Source: a virus
Length of the DNA stretch: 64,000 bases
Strand: one strand, 5' to 3'
Virus record (IMG/VR): IMGVR_UViG_3300047444_000617
Location: 32,001 to 96,000 of that record
Every line of letters starts with the position of its first letter. Positions within the stretch are counted from its first letter, which is position 1. The position numbers and the translations under genes were made by a program. This document shows positions 53,012-62,294 of the stretch, in pieces. The notes under the pieces were generated by a model. It saw only the letters and a program-made list of their open reading frames with translations. It had not been told where the DNA came from and did no database searches.

Positions 53012-55744
53012 TTAGAAACGGCGGATCGTTCGCAGCGTCGTCGCGTACGTTCCGGTGCCGTTCAGCGTCGAGTTACCCCCGAGGTCGGACATCGTCGGAC
53101 CGTTCGCGGTCTTCCGGCTGGAGATGAACCGGGGGTTGCCGCCGGAGTCCGTGCCGAGGTAGATGCCGGTGTGGTCCAACTGTCCGGACACGGCCTCTCC
53201 GCTGTCCGCGTCGAAGGACACGATGTCTCCGACCTGGAGGGCGGTCAGGCTCGGCGCTGAACTGGTGCCGGATGCTACGAGGATGCCAGGACCGGACGGA
53301 CCGATGTCCCGGCTGCGTCGTGGGATGTTCAGTCCGTCGAAGGACTGGTCGAACGTCATGGGCAGGCCCAGGAACCGTCCGTAGACCGTGCGGACGAAGC
53401 CGGAGCAGTCCATGCATCCCGAGATCGTGATCGACCCGTGCGGGAAGTTCTGGGTCTCGCCGTCGGCATACGTCCAGGACAGGCCCAGGTAGTCGCTCCA
53501 GTCGGAGAATTCGATACGCGTGCCGTCTGTGGCGAGTGGACCGTACTGGGCCTGCCCGACTGCCCGCCCGTCCGATCCGGTGCCCGAAGCGGCTCCGGTG
53601 ATGAACTTCATCGCGTATGCCAGGGCGTCGTCGGAGGTGTCCGTGGACCAGGAGGCGATCTGCATGGCCAGGTCGGACGTCCAGGATCCGTCGAACGGTG
53701 CGTCCAGGGTCCGTACCCAGGTGCTGTGGGTGACGGACGGAGGGTGAGCCCACACGCCGGAGTCGAGGGCGACCTGCTCGACCAGGACGTGTATGGGCAG
53801 GGCGGTGTTGCCGGTGAACGGGAACCCCCGCAGGCCGATACGCCCGGTCGGGTAGGTGGCATCGGCGACGGAGAAGGTCCAGGTGCCCGGCTCGCTGGTG
53901 CCGTCCTTCCAGGCCCGGCACATGATGTTGCCGCCACTACGCGACGTGCGCATGTGCCACAACTGGTTCGCGGCGAAGCCGGTGCCCACCGTGGTCGTGG
54001 TGCCCAGCGTCGTCGTCGAGCCGCCGACGACCTTCTCCAGGGAGAACTGGATGTCTCCGGTCGTGGTGACGGTCAGCCGTGCTCGGTAGTGGTTGGAACT
54101 GTCCGTGTATCCGAACGTCATGCCCGCCGAAACCGACGCGCCGGTGGGCACCTTGTCGAAGGTCAGCGCAGCAGCGGCGGAGAAGTCAGAGATATCCCCG
54201 TCGTTGAGCGAGCAGTACCGTCCGACGTTCGCGGTGTCCAGCAGGATCACGCCCTGAGATCCGTTCACCGAGAAGTTGGCGTTGGTGCCGGTCAAATTGA
54301 GCCAGGTCCCACCGGCCGGGGACATACCGAAGCCATTGGAGTAGGTGCGGTTGAAGTCGTCAACGAAGGTCCGCTTCTGCTCGGTGAAGGTCCTCGGCAG
54401 GCCGCGCATCGTCACCGTCTTGGATCCTACGGTGAGCGACGCCAACTGCCCGGAGGCGTCATTGACGACGAGCCGGTTGGGGTTGGCGAGCGACTGGTAG
54501 GTGAGGCCCTTGGCGAGGGTCACCTCCGGGAGCACGGCGTACTGCGGAGCGTTCGCGGTGATGCCCAGGGGGGTGTTCTCGTTGAGCAGGGTCTGGACGA
54601 GGAAACTGCGCTCGACGCGGTTCTCGTAGTAGTAGGAGCGGGTCAGGTTGGCGACGCCGTCGGTCTCCCACAGGTAGTCGTCGCCCTGGTTGCCATCGAA
54701 GTACTCGCGGACCGCTTGGCCTTCTTCCACGAGCACACCGTCGACCCAGAAGATGCTGGCCGTGCTGGGGGCCATCGTGCCGTGGATGACGCTCAGCCCG
54801 AGGTACACCTCCGACTGCGCAGCGGTGAAGACGACGGAGAGCGTGCGCCAGCGCTTGTTGGAGGCGTCCAGGGTGTCGGCCGCCTGGGTCCACTTCACGC
54901 TGCTGACCTGTGTCGTCTGGGTGCCGGACCATGGCGCGATGTCTCCGCAGCCGAGGGCGATGGCGACCTTGGCGCTCATGGTGTAGGTGCGCCCCGGGAT
55001 CAGGCCGGACACTCGGAAGTTGCTGCCGGAGTCGGCCGGGGCGCCCGCAGGCACGGTGACCTTGAGGCTCTGGCTGCCCTTCCAGAAGAACGAGGTGTCC
55101 AGGTCCAGCGTGGCGGAGGCGACAGGGTAGTAGCCGGTGATACCCGACTCCATGTTGGGGTTGTTCGCGTAGTTCAGACGGGTCGGCTTGACGATGGTCT
55201 GGATCTCGCGGGCGTTCTCGTAGGCGCTCGGGGCGGCGGCCGACAGCGGCAGCGGCTCGAACTGGATCGCGTCCAGGATCTGGTGCTGGTTGGCCGTCAT
55301 CGACGCGAACTTGAACCCCACGGACGCGTACGCAGCACGCTTCCAGGCGTAGCCTCCTCCCGATACCGGGTAGTCGTTCGGCCCGGTGAATGCCGCGTAC
55401 TGGCGCGCGTAGGAGCCCGCAGCGGCCGAGGTCAGCGCACCGCTGTTGATGCCTGTCCAGGCCATGGCCGGGTCGACGCCCTGGTAGGGGTAGTGGGAGA
55501 AGTCCTTGAACGCCGAGGCCGGTGCGCTGACTCCAGCGTTGAGGTCTCCGCCGACGGTGAACTGCCCGGCCAGCGGGGTCAGCGGGCGCGGGCGCGGGAT
55601 GCTGATGACCAGGGCGCCATCGACGGTGAACGCGCCGTCCATCGTCGGGCTGATCACCCGGAAGGTGCGGCCCGTGATCGTGCCGGTGATGCCCAGCGTC
55701 GGGGTGAAGTCGTCATCGTTGACGAACGTGACGTTGATCGTCAT
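53012..55744 (-). CDS. Tail fibre / baseplate protein with carbohydrate-binding-like modules and a C-terminal NlpC/P60 peptidase
   Basis: NYANNPNME (CBM-like), DDFNR; MDCSGFVR...GDIVSF...DHTGIYLG catalytic Cys/His. Confidence 0.75.
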   Translation of the reverse strand: MTINVTFVNDDDFTPTLGITGTITGRTFRVISPTMDGAFTVDGALVISIPRPRPLTPLAGQFTVGGDLNAGVSAPASAFKDFSHYPYQGVDPAMAWTGINSGALTSAAAGSYARQYAAFTGPNDYPVSGGGYAWKRAAYASVGFKFASMTANQHQILDAIQFEPLPLSAAAPSAYENAREIQTIVKPTRLNYANNPNMESGITGYYPVASATLDLDTSFFWKGSQSLKVTVPAGAPADSGSNFRVSGLIPGRTYTMSAKVAIALGCGDIAPWSGTQTTQVSSVKWTQAADTLDASNKRWRTLSVVFTAAQSEVYLGLSVIHGTMAPSTASIFWVDGVLVEEGQAVREYFDGNQGDDYLWETDGVANLTRSYYYENRVERSFLVQTLLNENTPLGITANAPQYAVLPEVTLAKGLTYQSLANPNRLVVNDASGQLASLTVGSKTVTMRGLPRTFTEQKRTFVDDFNRTYSNGFGMSPAGGTWLNLTGTNANFSVNGSQGVILLDTANVGRYCSLNDGDISDFSAAAALTFDKVPTGASVSAGMTFGYTDSSNHYRARLTVTTTGDIQFSLEKVVGGSTTTLGTTTTVGTGFAANQLWHMRTSRSGGNIMCRAWKDGTSEPGTWTFSVADATYPTGRIGLRGFPFTGNTALPIHVLVEQVALDSGVWAHPPSVTHSTWVRTLDAPFDGSWTSDLAMQIASWSTDTSDDALAYAMKFITGAASGTGSDGRAVGQAQYGPLATDGTRIEFSDWSDYLGLSWTYADGETQNFPHGSITISGCMDCSGFVRTVYGRFLGLPMTFDQSFDGLNIPRRSRDIGPSGPGILVASGTSSAPSLTALQVGDIVSFDADSGEAVSGQLDHTGIYLGTDSGGNPRFISSRKTANGPTMSDLGGNSTLNGTGTYATTLRTIRRF

Positions 55745-57795
55745 CAGGTGACCGCCATTCCGACCTTGGTGGCGGTGCTGAGTGCCGAGTTGGTGATGGT
55801 GAGCACCTGTGTTCCGTTCCGAGAGATGGCGATGTTGCTGCCGGAGAAGGCGGCGGTGATCCGGTCACCGTCCTGGAAAGACTGCGAGTAGGTGTAGGTG
55901 CCGGTTACCGCGCCTGACTGGATCAGGTGCAGGGCTGTGCGCCCGGCCCGCCAGTAGTTGCTGGAGTCCTGCAGCCGGAAGGTGATGCCCTGCTTGAGGG
56001 TGTTACCGGGGTTGGTCAGGAACGTCGCCGACACCGTGCCGTCCGCGTGCCCGGGGATGGTGGCGATGGCTGCGGAGGCCCCGACCGGGTAGGCCGCGCC
56101 GCCCGAGTAGCCTCCCGAAGTCCACTGACCCACCGTCTCGGTCCAGGACGCGGAGCCGAGGTCGGTGGTGCGCGTGGTCCAGTCGGACCAGTTCTCGCTG
56201 AAGGAGTCCAGGACGTTGTACGCGGGCAGGGCGTCGGAGTACAGGGCAGTGATCAGGGATCCGTGGGAGTCGTAGTACTCCACGAACGGATACACCGCGA
56301 CCTGCTGCCCGGAGTAGGCCTGCGTGTAGCCGGACAGGCACATCTGGACGCGCTCGTCGTAGCCCAGCGGCGTCCACTGGGCGTTTGCGGCGGTCGGAGA
56401 AGATGCTGCAGTTCCCCCGTAAGGCCCCTGCCCGTAGGAACCCTGCCCGAAGCCGACCGCGTCGATGACGGGAGGCAGTGCGTTCAGGCTGGCGGTGAGC
56501 GCCTGGTAGACCCGGCCGTGGTACAGCACCAGGTCACCGGGCTGGTAGTAGGTGTCAGCGTCCCACGCCTGATAGGCGTAGGGCAGCGGGATGCCCCACA
56601 GCACCGGCTGCTGCGGATCCATGGACGACTGTCCGGAGAGCCTGGCCACCGAGCGCACGGCCATCGTCGCCGTCGTCCCGCCGGAGTTGGTGTTGCGCAC
56701 CCACAGGGCGTTGCCCGCCTTGTCGTCGGGGTCGGTCGGGTTCTGCACACCGATACCCACCAGGACGCCGCCGGTACCTGGAGTGACACCTGCGGTGAAG
56801 GAGATCTCCTCCCACCCCGCGATGTTCCCGTTGGCGTTCACCAAGGTGGTGTCGGTGCCGTAGACCACGGCGGACCAGTAGGCGTTTGCACTGGCGGTAC
56901 CGCTCGGAGCCTGGGACTGCCCGTACGCGCCGCTGGAACCGGCCTGGTACAGGTAGGACCCGAACTCCACGCGCTCTCCGGAGGCGTAGTTCACCCCGGC
57001 GTCCCACTGCGGGTAGGTGGGGTGGTCGAAGTCGGCCTGGTCGTCGGAGAGCATCAGGTTGCTGCCGGGCAGCAGCTCGACGTCGTAGCCGGTGGTCTCG
57101 GAGATGACGCTGCGGATCTGTTCCAGCGTTCCCCGCTGCCGTCCCAGCGTCGCGGCGTCGCGCACCCGCTGGCGGAACAGGTAGGCCGGTGCCGACGCCT
57201 CGTACTGGATCCCGAACTGGGTGGCCAGCTCGGCGATGTTGTCGAAGTGCGTGCGCATCGCGTCGTTGGTGTAGCGGTTCGAGTCGAAGTAGCTCTTCAC
57301 GATGTCGAAGCCGAAGCCGAAGATCGACAGGAACGGAGCCAGGTCGGTGTTGATCGTGTTGGTGTCGTCGGTGAGGTTGTTCCCGGGCTTGGTGTTGACC
57401 TTGTAGTAGTCCGGGACAAGGGAGTACAGCAGCTCGCCGTACCCGTTGTTCTTCGGCATCAGGGTCGAGACGGTGCCCGCACGGCTCCACTGGCCGGAAG
57501 CACTGATGAAGATCGTGTAGTACAGCCAGTGCCCTCCGGCCACACCCTGGTCCACGAACGACGTCGCGGTGTAGTTCTGGTCGAGCAGGATCTCCCCGTC
57601 GTTCTCGTTGACCGCCCAGCCGTAGCGGTTGCGGATCAGCCTCAGGGTGTCCCATGAGCCAGCCGGGGACTTCCAATCCAGCAGCACGGTGGAGTAGTCC
57701 GCAGGCGTGGCTGTGAAAGGGCTGACGTCGAACTCGGGGCGGACGTCCGCGCCGTAGGTCGCCAGTCCGTAGATGGATGAGCCATAAGTTCCCAT
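55744..57795 (-). CDS. Baseplate wedge/tail protein (P2 gpI-like) with two CBM5/12-like repeats
   Basis: LYSLVPDYY...FLSIFG...RGTLEQI; W.....Y..G..V.....YQA x2. Confidence 0.7.
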   Translation of the reverse strand: MGTYGSSIYGLATYGADVRPEFDVSPFTATPADYSTVLLDWKSPAGSWDTLRLIRNRYGWAVNENDGEILLDQNYTATSFVDQGVAGGHWLYYTIFISASGQWSRAGTVSTLMPKNNGYGELLYSLVPDYYKVNTKPGNNLTDDTNTINTDLAPFLSIFGFGFDIVKSYFDSNRYTNDAMRTHFDNIAELATQFGIQYEASAPAYLFRQRVRDAATLGRQRGTLEQIRSVISETTGYDVELLPGSNLMLSDDQADFDHPTYPQWDAGVNYASGERVEFGSYLYQAGSSGAYGQSQAPSGTASANAYWSAVVYGTDTTLVNANGNIAGWEEISFTAGVTPGTGGVLVGIGVQNPTDPDDKAGNALWVRNTNSGGTTATMAVRSVARLSGQSSMDPQQPVLWGIPLPYAYQAWDADTYYQPGDLVLYHGRVYQALTASLNALPPVIDAVGFGQGSYGQGPYGGTAASSPTAANAQWTPLGYDERVQMCLSGYTQAYSGQQVAVYPFVEYYDSHGSLITALYSDALPAYNVLDSFSENWSDWTTRTTDLGSASWTETVGQWTSGGYSGGAAYPVGASAAIATIPGHADGTVSATFLTNPGNTLKQGITFRLQDSSNYWRAGRTALHLIQSGAVTGTYTYSQSFQDGDRITAAFSGSNIAISRNGTQVLTITNSALSTATKVGMAVT

Positions 57796-57808
57796 GTCAG
57801 TTCAGCCC

Positions 57809-58480
57809 TTAGAACGGCACGACGACGGGGGCACCGATCTGCTCCCGGATCATGGATGCGCTCAGGTGCAGGGATTCCACTGACAGGGTCTTGTTCAGCA
57901 GTGGGTGGTAGATGCGCATGTCGATGGTCCTACCGGCGGACACCCATCCCTGCCAGCCGATGTGCATGTGGGAGTTGCCGTCCGAGATCGGTGGGAGGTC
58001 CTGCGTCATGACGTCCTGCCCGCTGATGTTGATGGACAGCATGCGGTCCGAGCCGGTGGCGTTGGAACCGGTGGCGTTGGTCCATATGCAGCGGCCGAAG
58101 ACCACCCACCAGCCGGGGCGGTTGGTGGTGATGCTGTGCCCGTTGAAGAGACCCTCGGGGTCGCTGAGAGCACCCGGCGCGGGCCAGGAGATGGTCTTCA
58201 TCGGCACGCCGACGGCGGCCTTGTAGGAGTCCGAGGACTTGGTCAGGTAGATCACAGGCATACCGGCGCCGCGCTGCATGGCGTCCAGTCGAGCAGACAC
58301 CGAAGGCCAGGTGTTGGTATGCATCTTCAGGCTGGTGTCCCGGTGGGGGTTGAGTCCCAGGGTCTGCTGGATGGCCAGGACCTCGTCCTGCAGGTTGTTC
58401 ACGTGGGAGGCGTCGATGTCCTCCACCAGGTTCTTGTGGATCGTGAAACTCTTGTACTGCTTGGGGTAGACGGCGGCCAT
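57809..58480 (-). CDS. Baseplate/tail-associated protein
   Basis: IDASHVNNLQDEVLAIQQTLG motif typical of tail-fibre attachment domains. Confidence 0.65.
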   Translation of the reverse strand: MAAVYPKQYKSFTIHKNLVEDIDASHVNNLQDEVLAIQQTLGLNPHRDTSLKMHTNTWPSVSARLDAMQRGAGMPVIYLTKSSDSYKAAVGVPMKTISWPAPGALSDPEGLFNGHSITTNRPGWWVVFGRCIWTNATGSNATGSDRMLSINISGQDVMTQDLPPISDGNSHMHIGWQGWVSAGRTIDMRIYHPLLNKTLSVESLHLSASMIREQIGAPVVVPF

Positions 58481-59958
58481 CAGCCGATCCCTCCGGTCAT
58501 GGTGATGTTGGTGATGTTTCCGACCTTCGGGATCTCCCAGGCGCGGAATACGACGTCAGCGGTGCCGGTCTGCGCGGCGTCCGCGCGGGCGATCATGGGA
58601 ATGTCGACGTAGCGCACTCCGTCCACAGCGAGCAGGGCCTTGTAGAAGTCGGACAGGGTCAACCGCATGCCGAAATCGACGTTGGAGAAGCCGAGCATGT
58701 TCTTCAGGGCCTGCTGCACGTCGTAGAGCACGGAGGCGCGCGAGTAGCGGGGCCAGCATTCGACTGTGACCGGGGTGGTGCTGTTGCCGATGTTCACGCC
58801 GACTACTGAAGGGCCTGCCACGGTGACGGTGACGCCTGCCAGTGCCTTGCCCTGGAGGGTCTGCAGCACGGCGGCCAGCACCGCGCTGCTGGGCTGACCA
58901 CCATCGGATCCGATGACATACACCGTGACGGAGGTGTAGGTGGCAGCGACCGCGTTCGCCCGCACGATGCCGGGTACGGTCAGCGCCAGGTCGGAGAAGT
59001 CGGCGAGGGTGACGCAGCGGTCCTGGGTGCGGAAGATGCGGGGTGCGTTCGAGCGGATCTGGTCGTTGGTCTCGGGGTCCGCTCCGCCGGTCATGGCCGA
59101 GGAGATCGCGCTGCCGTCGCTGTCCTGCGCCAGCGTGACGCCGGGCAGGTTCGCGCTGGCGATGGATGTGACGACGCCCGCGTTGACGTTGCCGATGGTG
59201 CCGCCACCCACGCGGTAGGTGGCGTAGATGGTCAGTTGGTTGGTGGGGATGGCGCCGTTGAGGTTGTCGCCGAAGCGGATCCAGGTCGCGCCGGAGTCGT
59301 CGAGGTAGGTGGTGAAGACCCTGTCCTGGGGATCGGCGTCCACCAGGTAGGTGATGTACGTCCACTCGGTAAGGGTGTCGACGTCGTCCACGTAGACCTG
59401 AACCGTCCCGCTGATGACGGGTACGTCCGGCAGCCGGAACTCCTGCACCGGCAGGCCGGTCGACGTACCGACGTTCACCTGGGTGCGTGTGACGCCCTGG
59501 GTGACCGACACCGTGGCGGTGCCTCCGTTGATGGGGACCAGGATGTCGGAATCGGTTTCGTAGGTGACGGGGCTGTCGATGGTGTCCAAGTACTCGGTGA
59601 CCACCTGGGTGCCTGCGGGCACCAGTACGGCCGGGCCGGGGTTGGATGTCTGGAAGGTCACCGTGCCGGTGGCAGGCACCCCGTTGCTCGGGCTGTAGCC
59701 GAGCAGGTCGGCGATCTGCAGCAGTGACATGCGCTGCGTGGCGGTCGGAAGGAAGGACTCCTGCTGGAGGCGGTCACCGTAGTAGGACAGGTTGTCTCCG
59801 AGGTAGGAGAACAACTCCACCATGAGTACACCGAAGTCCCCCTCGGAGGAGGGCACCCATTGCGGGTAGGCGCGCGAGGCGAAGTCCAGCAAGGAGGACT
59901 TGAAGCCCTCGTAGTCGCGGCTGGTGTAGTCGATAGCCGGTGGCGTGGGGGTACTCAT
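58480..59958 (-). CDS. Baseplate J-like wedge protein
   Basis: IDYTSRDY, QESFL.TA..R, IRFGD..G.IP, YRVGGG..GNV, GGAD.E, RCVTLADF. Confidence 0.9.
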   Translation of the reverse strand: MSTPTPPAIDYTSRDYEGFKSSLLDFASRAYPQWVPSSEGDFGVLMVELFSYLGDNLSYYGDRLQQESFLPTATQRMSLLQIADLLGYSPSNGVPATGTVTFQTSNPGPAVLVPAGTQVVTEYLDTIDSPVTYETDSDILVPINGGTATVSVTQGVTRTQVNVGTSTGLPVQEFRLPDVPVISGTVQVYVDDVDTLTEWTYITYLVDADPQDRVFTTYLDDSGATWIRFGDNLNGAIPTNQLTIYATYRVGGGTIGNVNAGVVTSIASANLPGVTLAQDSDGSAISSAMTGGADPETNDQIRSNAPRIFRTQDRCVTLADFSDLALTVPGIVRANAVAATYTSVTVYVIGSDGGQPSSAVLAAVLQTLQGKALAGVTVTVAGPSVVGVNIGNSTTPVTVECWPRYSRASVLYDVQQALKNMLGFSNVDFGMRLTLSDFYKALLAVDGVRYVDIPMIARADAAQTGTADVVFRAWEIPKVGNITNITMTGGIG

Positions 59959-60374
59959 CCGCTGATGACCTCGCTTACGGTGCCGCCCACGCTGACCACG
60001 GCGGTGTTGGTCTGCTGCGCGAGGCTGCTCGGGGAAGCCCCGGCCTCACGGCGTATGTAGTCGACCTCGATTCGCGCGAGGGACATCTGCGAGGCGTCAG
60101 GAATAGGGGTTGCCTTCTGGAGTACAACGCCGGGCTCATAGGCGGTGAATGCAGCGGTCACGGCACGGCTGATTTCCTGCGCGACAAAGGACGCGTCAGG
60201 GTCGAAAAGCAGATCCGCCACAGGCACCCCGTAGTTCGGGAGCATGACTCTCTCCCCCGGCTGCGTGCCGACGAGAGCATTCACGTGCTGGGCGATCTGC
60301 CTGTCCGGATTCGTCTCGACGGCGATTGTCCCGTCGGGAGCTAGGCGAAAAGGAATGGCGATCTCGGTAGGCAT
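59955..60374 (-). CDS. gp25/GPW-like baseplate wedge protein
   Basis: T.PGERVMLPNYG...LLF...YEP. Confidence 0.88.
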   Translation of the reverse strand: MPTEIAIPFRLAPDGTIAVETNPDRQIAQHVNALVGTQPGERVMLPNYGVPVADLLFDPDASFVAQEISRAVTAAFTAYEPGVVLQKATPIPDASQMSLARIEVDYIRREAGASPSSLAQQTNTAVVSVGGTVSEVISG

Positions 60375-60434
60375 GCTTGCATTCTCCCAGGGCGGAAGAA
60401 TTGCTTGTTAGCGCCTACCGAGACCGCCGGGAGA

Positions 60435-62294
60435 TCAGACGAGGTTGCCGATCGGGATCTTCGCGTTGATCATGAACGTGTCGTTCACCGCGATCGTCGG
60501 CAGCCCCTGACCCCGGAACTCGCCACTGCTGTTCACGTAGGTGGCGATCGACGCCGTGGCCGTGGACATCCGGATGGCACCACCCGCAGGACTGACGTCA
60601 CCCCCGAGGCTGACGCCGGGAAGGCCGGTGGCGATCAGAGCACTCGGAGAGGTGCTGGTGGCATGGAAGACGCCGACCAGGTGGATGTTGTCCTCCCCGT
60701 CTCGACGCCACCGGAGGTTCGGGTAGGCACCACCGATGCCTGTGCCCTGCGCCCATCCGGTACCCATGACCGCGTCGGTCCAGGACTCCGCGTTACCAGA
60801 GAGGTCGGCCTTCACCACCGCGCCGCTGACCAGCAGGTTGGCCGCGTAGGTACCGGTGCGCTCGGTCACCGTTACGCTCGGCGGGAGGGGGAGTGTCGAG
60901 TCCCCTTCGGAGATGGTGAGCCGCGCCGCGAGGTTGGGGCCGCCACCTCCCTCGAAGCCGGAGTCCACCCGGACAGCACCTGGGCCGTCGCTGATCATGG
61001 TCGACGAGGCGCCGGTGTTGTTCGCTCCGGCGTCGGTGAAGACCAGTCCGCCACCAGACAGAGAGGTGGTGGACGTGCCACTGGTCGTGGAGATGTCCCC
61101 GTTGGCGCCACCGATGTCGGCCGTCACGGCGCCCGTCGAGTCGTACACCTTCATGCTGTTGTCACCCGCCTCGTTCAGCGTGATGCGCTCGCCGGACGTG
61201 GCTGTCTGGATGGTGGATCCGGTGATCGTCTTGCCGTCGATGGCGGTCGCGGACAACTGGGATGCGGAGATCGTCCCCACCGTGATCTTGGTGGCGTCGA
61301 TGCTGGCGATGACACCACTCGACGCGGTGATCGTCCCGGCCGCCATCTCGTTGGCCGTCACAGAGTTCGCCGCGATGTCACTGGTACCTGCCTGCTTGGG
61401 AGTGTCGGAGTTCGCGCCCGAAGGGGCGGAGGCGATGCCGACCTTGGAGTACGCGATCAGCCGGTAGTTGTAGGAGTTGGCGTAGTTCTGCACCGAGTCG
61501 TAGAGGAAGTCCGGGCCGGTCAGGGTGCCTACGACCACCGGGGCGGGGAACGCCGGATCCGTGTCGCGCTCGACCTGGACGTGGGAGAAGATCAGTGGCA
61601 TCGCTGTGCCGGTGTGGTCCAGCCCGTCCCAGGTAACGCGCAGGCCGCCCAGGACACCCAGGACTGCGGGCGTGGAGGGGACCGGCGGCGGAGTCGTGGA
61701 GGACGCGGTGGTGATGTCCGTGGAGGACCACAGGGAGGCGTTGCCGGAGTTGTCGAGGGCCTGGACGCGGACGAAGAAGTCCACGCCGGTATGAAGGCCG
61801 TCGAAGACGACGAGGGTGTCCTCAGTGATCTGGCCGCCGGACCAGTTGGTGCCGTCGTAGGAGGTCTGCACGACGTAGTGCGACAGGTCGACGAGGTTGG
61901 TCCCGTCCTGGTTCTCCGTCGGCGCAGTCCAACTGGCCGTCACGTGCGCCCGCGTGCTGCCGTCGTCGGCGATGTACTGCACGGTCGACAGTGTCAGCGC
62001 GGTCGGCTGCTTGGGAGGCATCGAGTCGTACTCAAGACCCCCTACCTGGTCCTGTACTTCCTTGATGCCCAGCGGGGAGTACACCGGCTGGGTGACGTCA
62101 CCACCGGAGAACTGCACCCACACGTTCTGTCCGGCCGCAGGCACGGTGTTCGTCGGGGAGGCCGGAACCGCCCAGGCGCTCTCCGCTCCGCCCAGGATCT
62201 GAGGTATGAGCAGGGTGACGCGGGCCTCCTTGAGGGGGTCCACGTTGTTGGCAACCGTCCCTGGATACATGCCAAGAACCGGGTCAGACGACAT
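60435..62294 (-). CDS. Baseplate spike (gpV/Vgr OB-fold) fused to fibronectin-III-like and beta-helix regions
   Basis: YPGTV...DP...RV...AWA.P...P..G..VWV.F.GGD...PVY; FN3-like W..P...Y. Confidence 0.8.
   Translation of the reverse strand: MSSDPVLGMYPGTVANNVDPLKEARVTLLIPQILGGAESAWAVPASPTNTVPAAGQNVWVQFSGGDVTQPVYSPLGIKEVQDQVGGLEYDSMPPKQPTALTLSTVQYIADDGSTRAHVTASWTAPTENQDGTNLVDLSHYVVQTSYDGTNWSGGQITEDTLVVFDGLHTGVDFFVRVQALDNSGNASLWSSTDITTASSTTPPPVPSTPAVLGVLGGLRVTWDGLDHTGTAMPLIFSHVQVERDTDPAFPAPVVVGTLTGPDFLYDSVQNYANSYNYRLIAYSKVGIASAPSGANSDTPKQAGTSDIAANSVTANEMAAGTITASSGVIASIDATKITVGTISASQLSATAIDGKTITGSTIQTATSGERITLNEAGDNSMKVYDSTGAVTADIGGANGDISTTSGTSTTSLSGGGLVFTDAGANNTGASSTMISDGPGAVRVDSGFEGGGGPNLAARLTISEGDSTLPLPPSVTVTERTGTYAANLLVSGAVVKADLSGNAESWTDAVMGTGWAQGTGIGGAYPNLRWRRDGEDNIHLVGVFHATSTSPSALIATGLPGVSLGGDVSPAGGAIRMSTATASIATYVNSSGEFRGQGLPTIAVNDTFMINAKIPIGNLV

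Larger units (their letters stand above)
20251..61796 (-). repeat. Dispersed polar octamer GTATGAAG (coding strand CTTCATAC), 22 exact copies
   Basis: Positions listed in findings; all in one orientation. Confidence 0.9.

Noticed and set aside
20251-61796. LHT repeats as a protein-level motif
   Set aside because: They occur in unrelated proteins at non-equivalent positions, always with the same rare codons, and also intergenically, so the constraint is at nucleic-acid level
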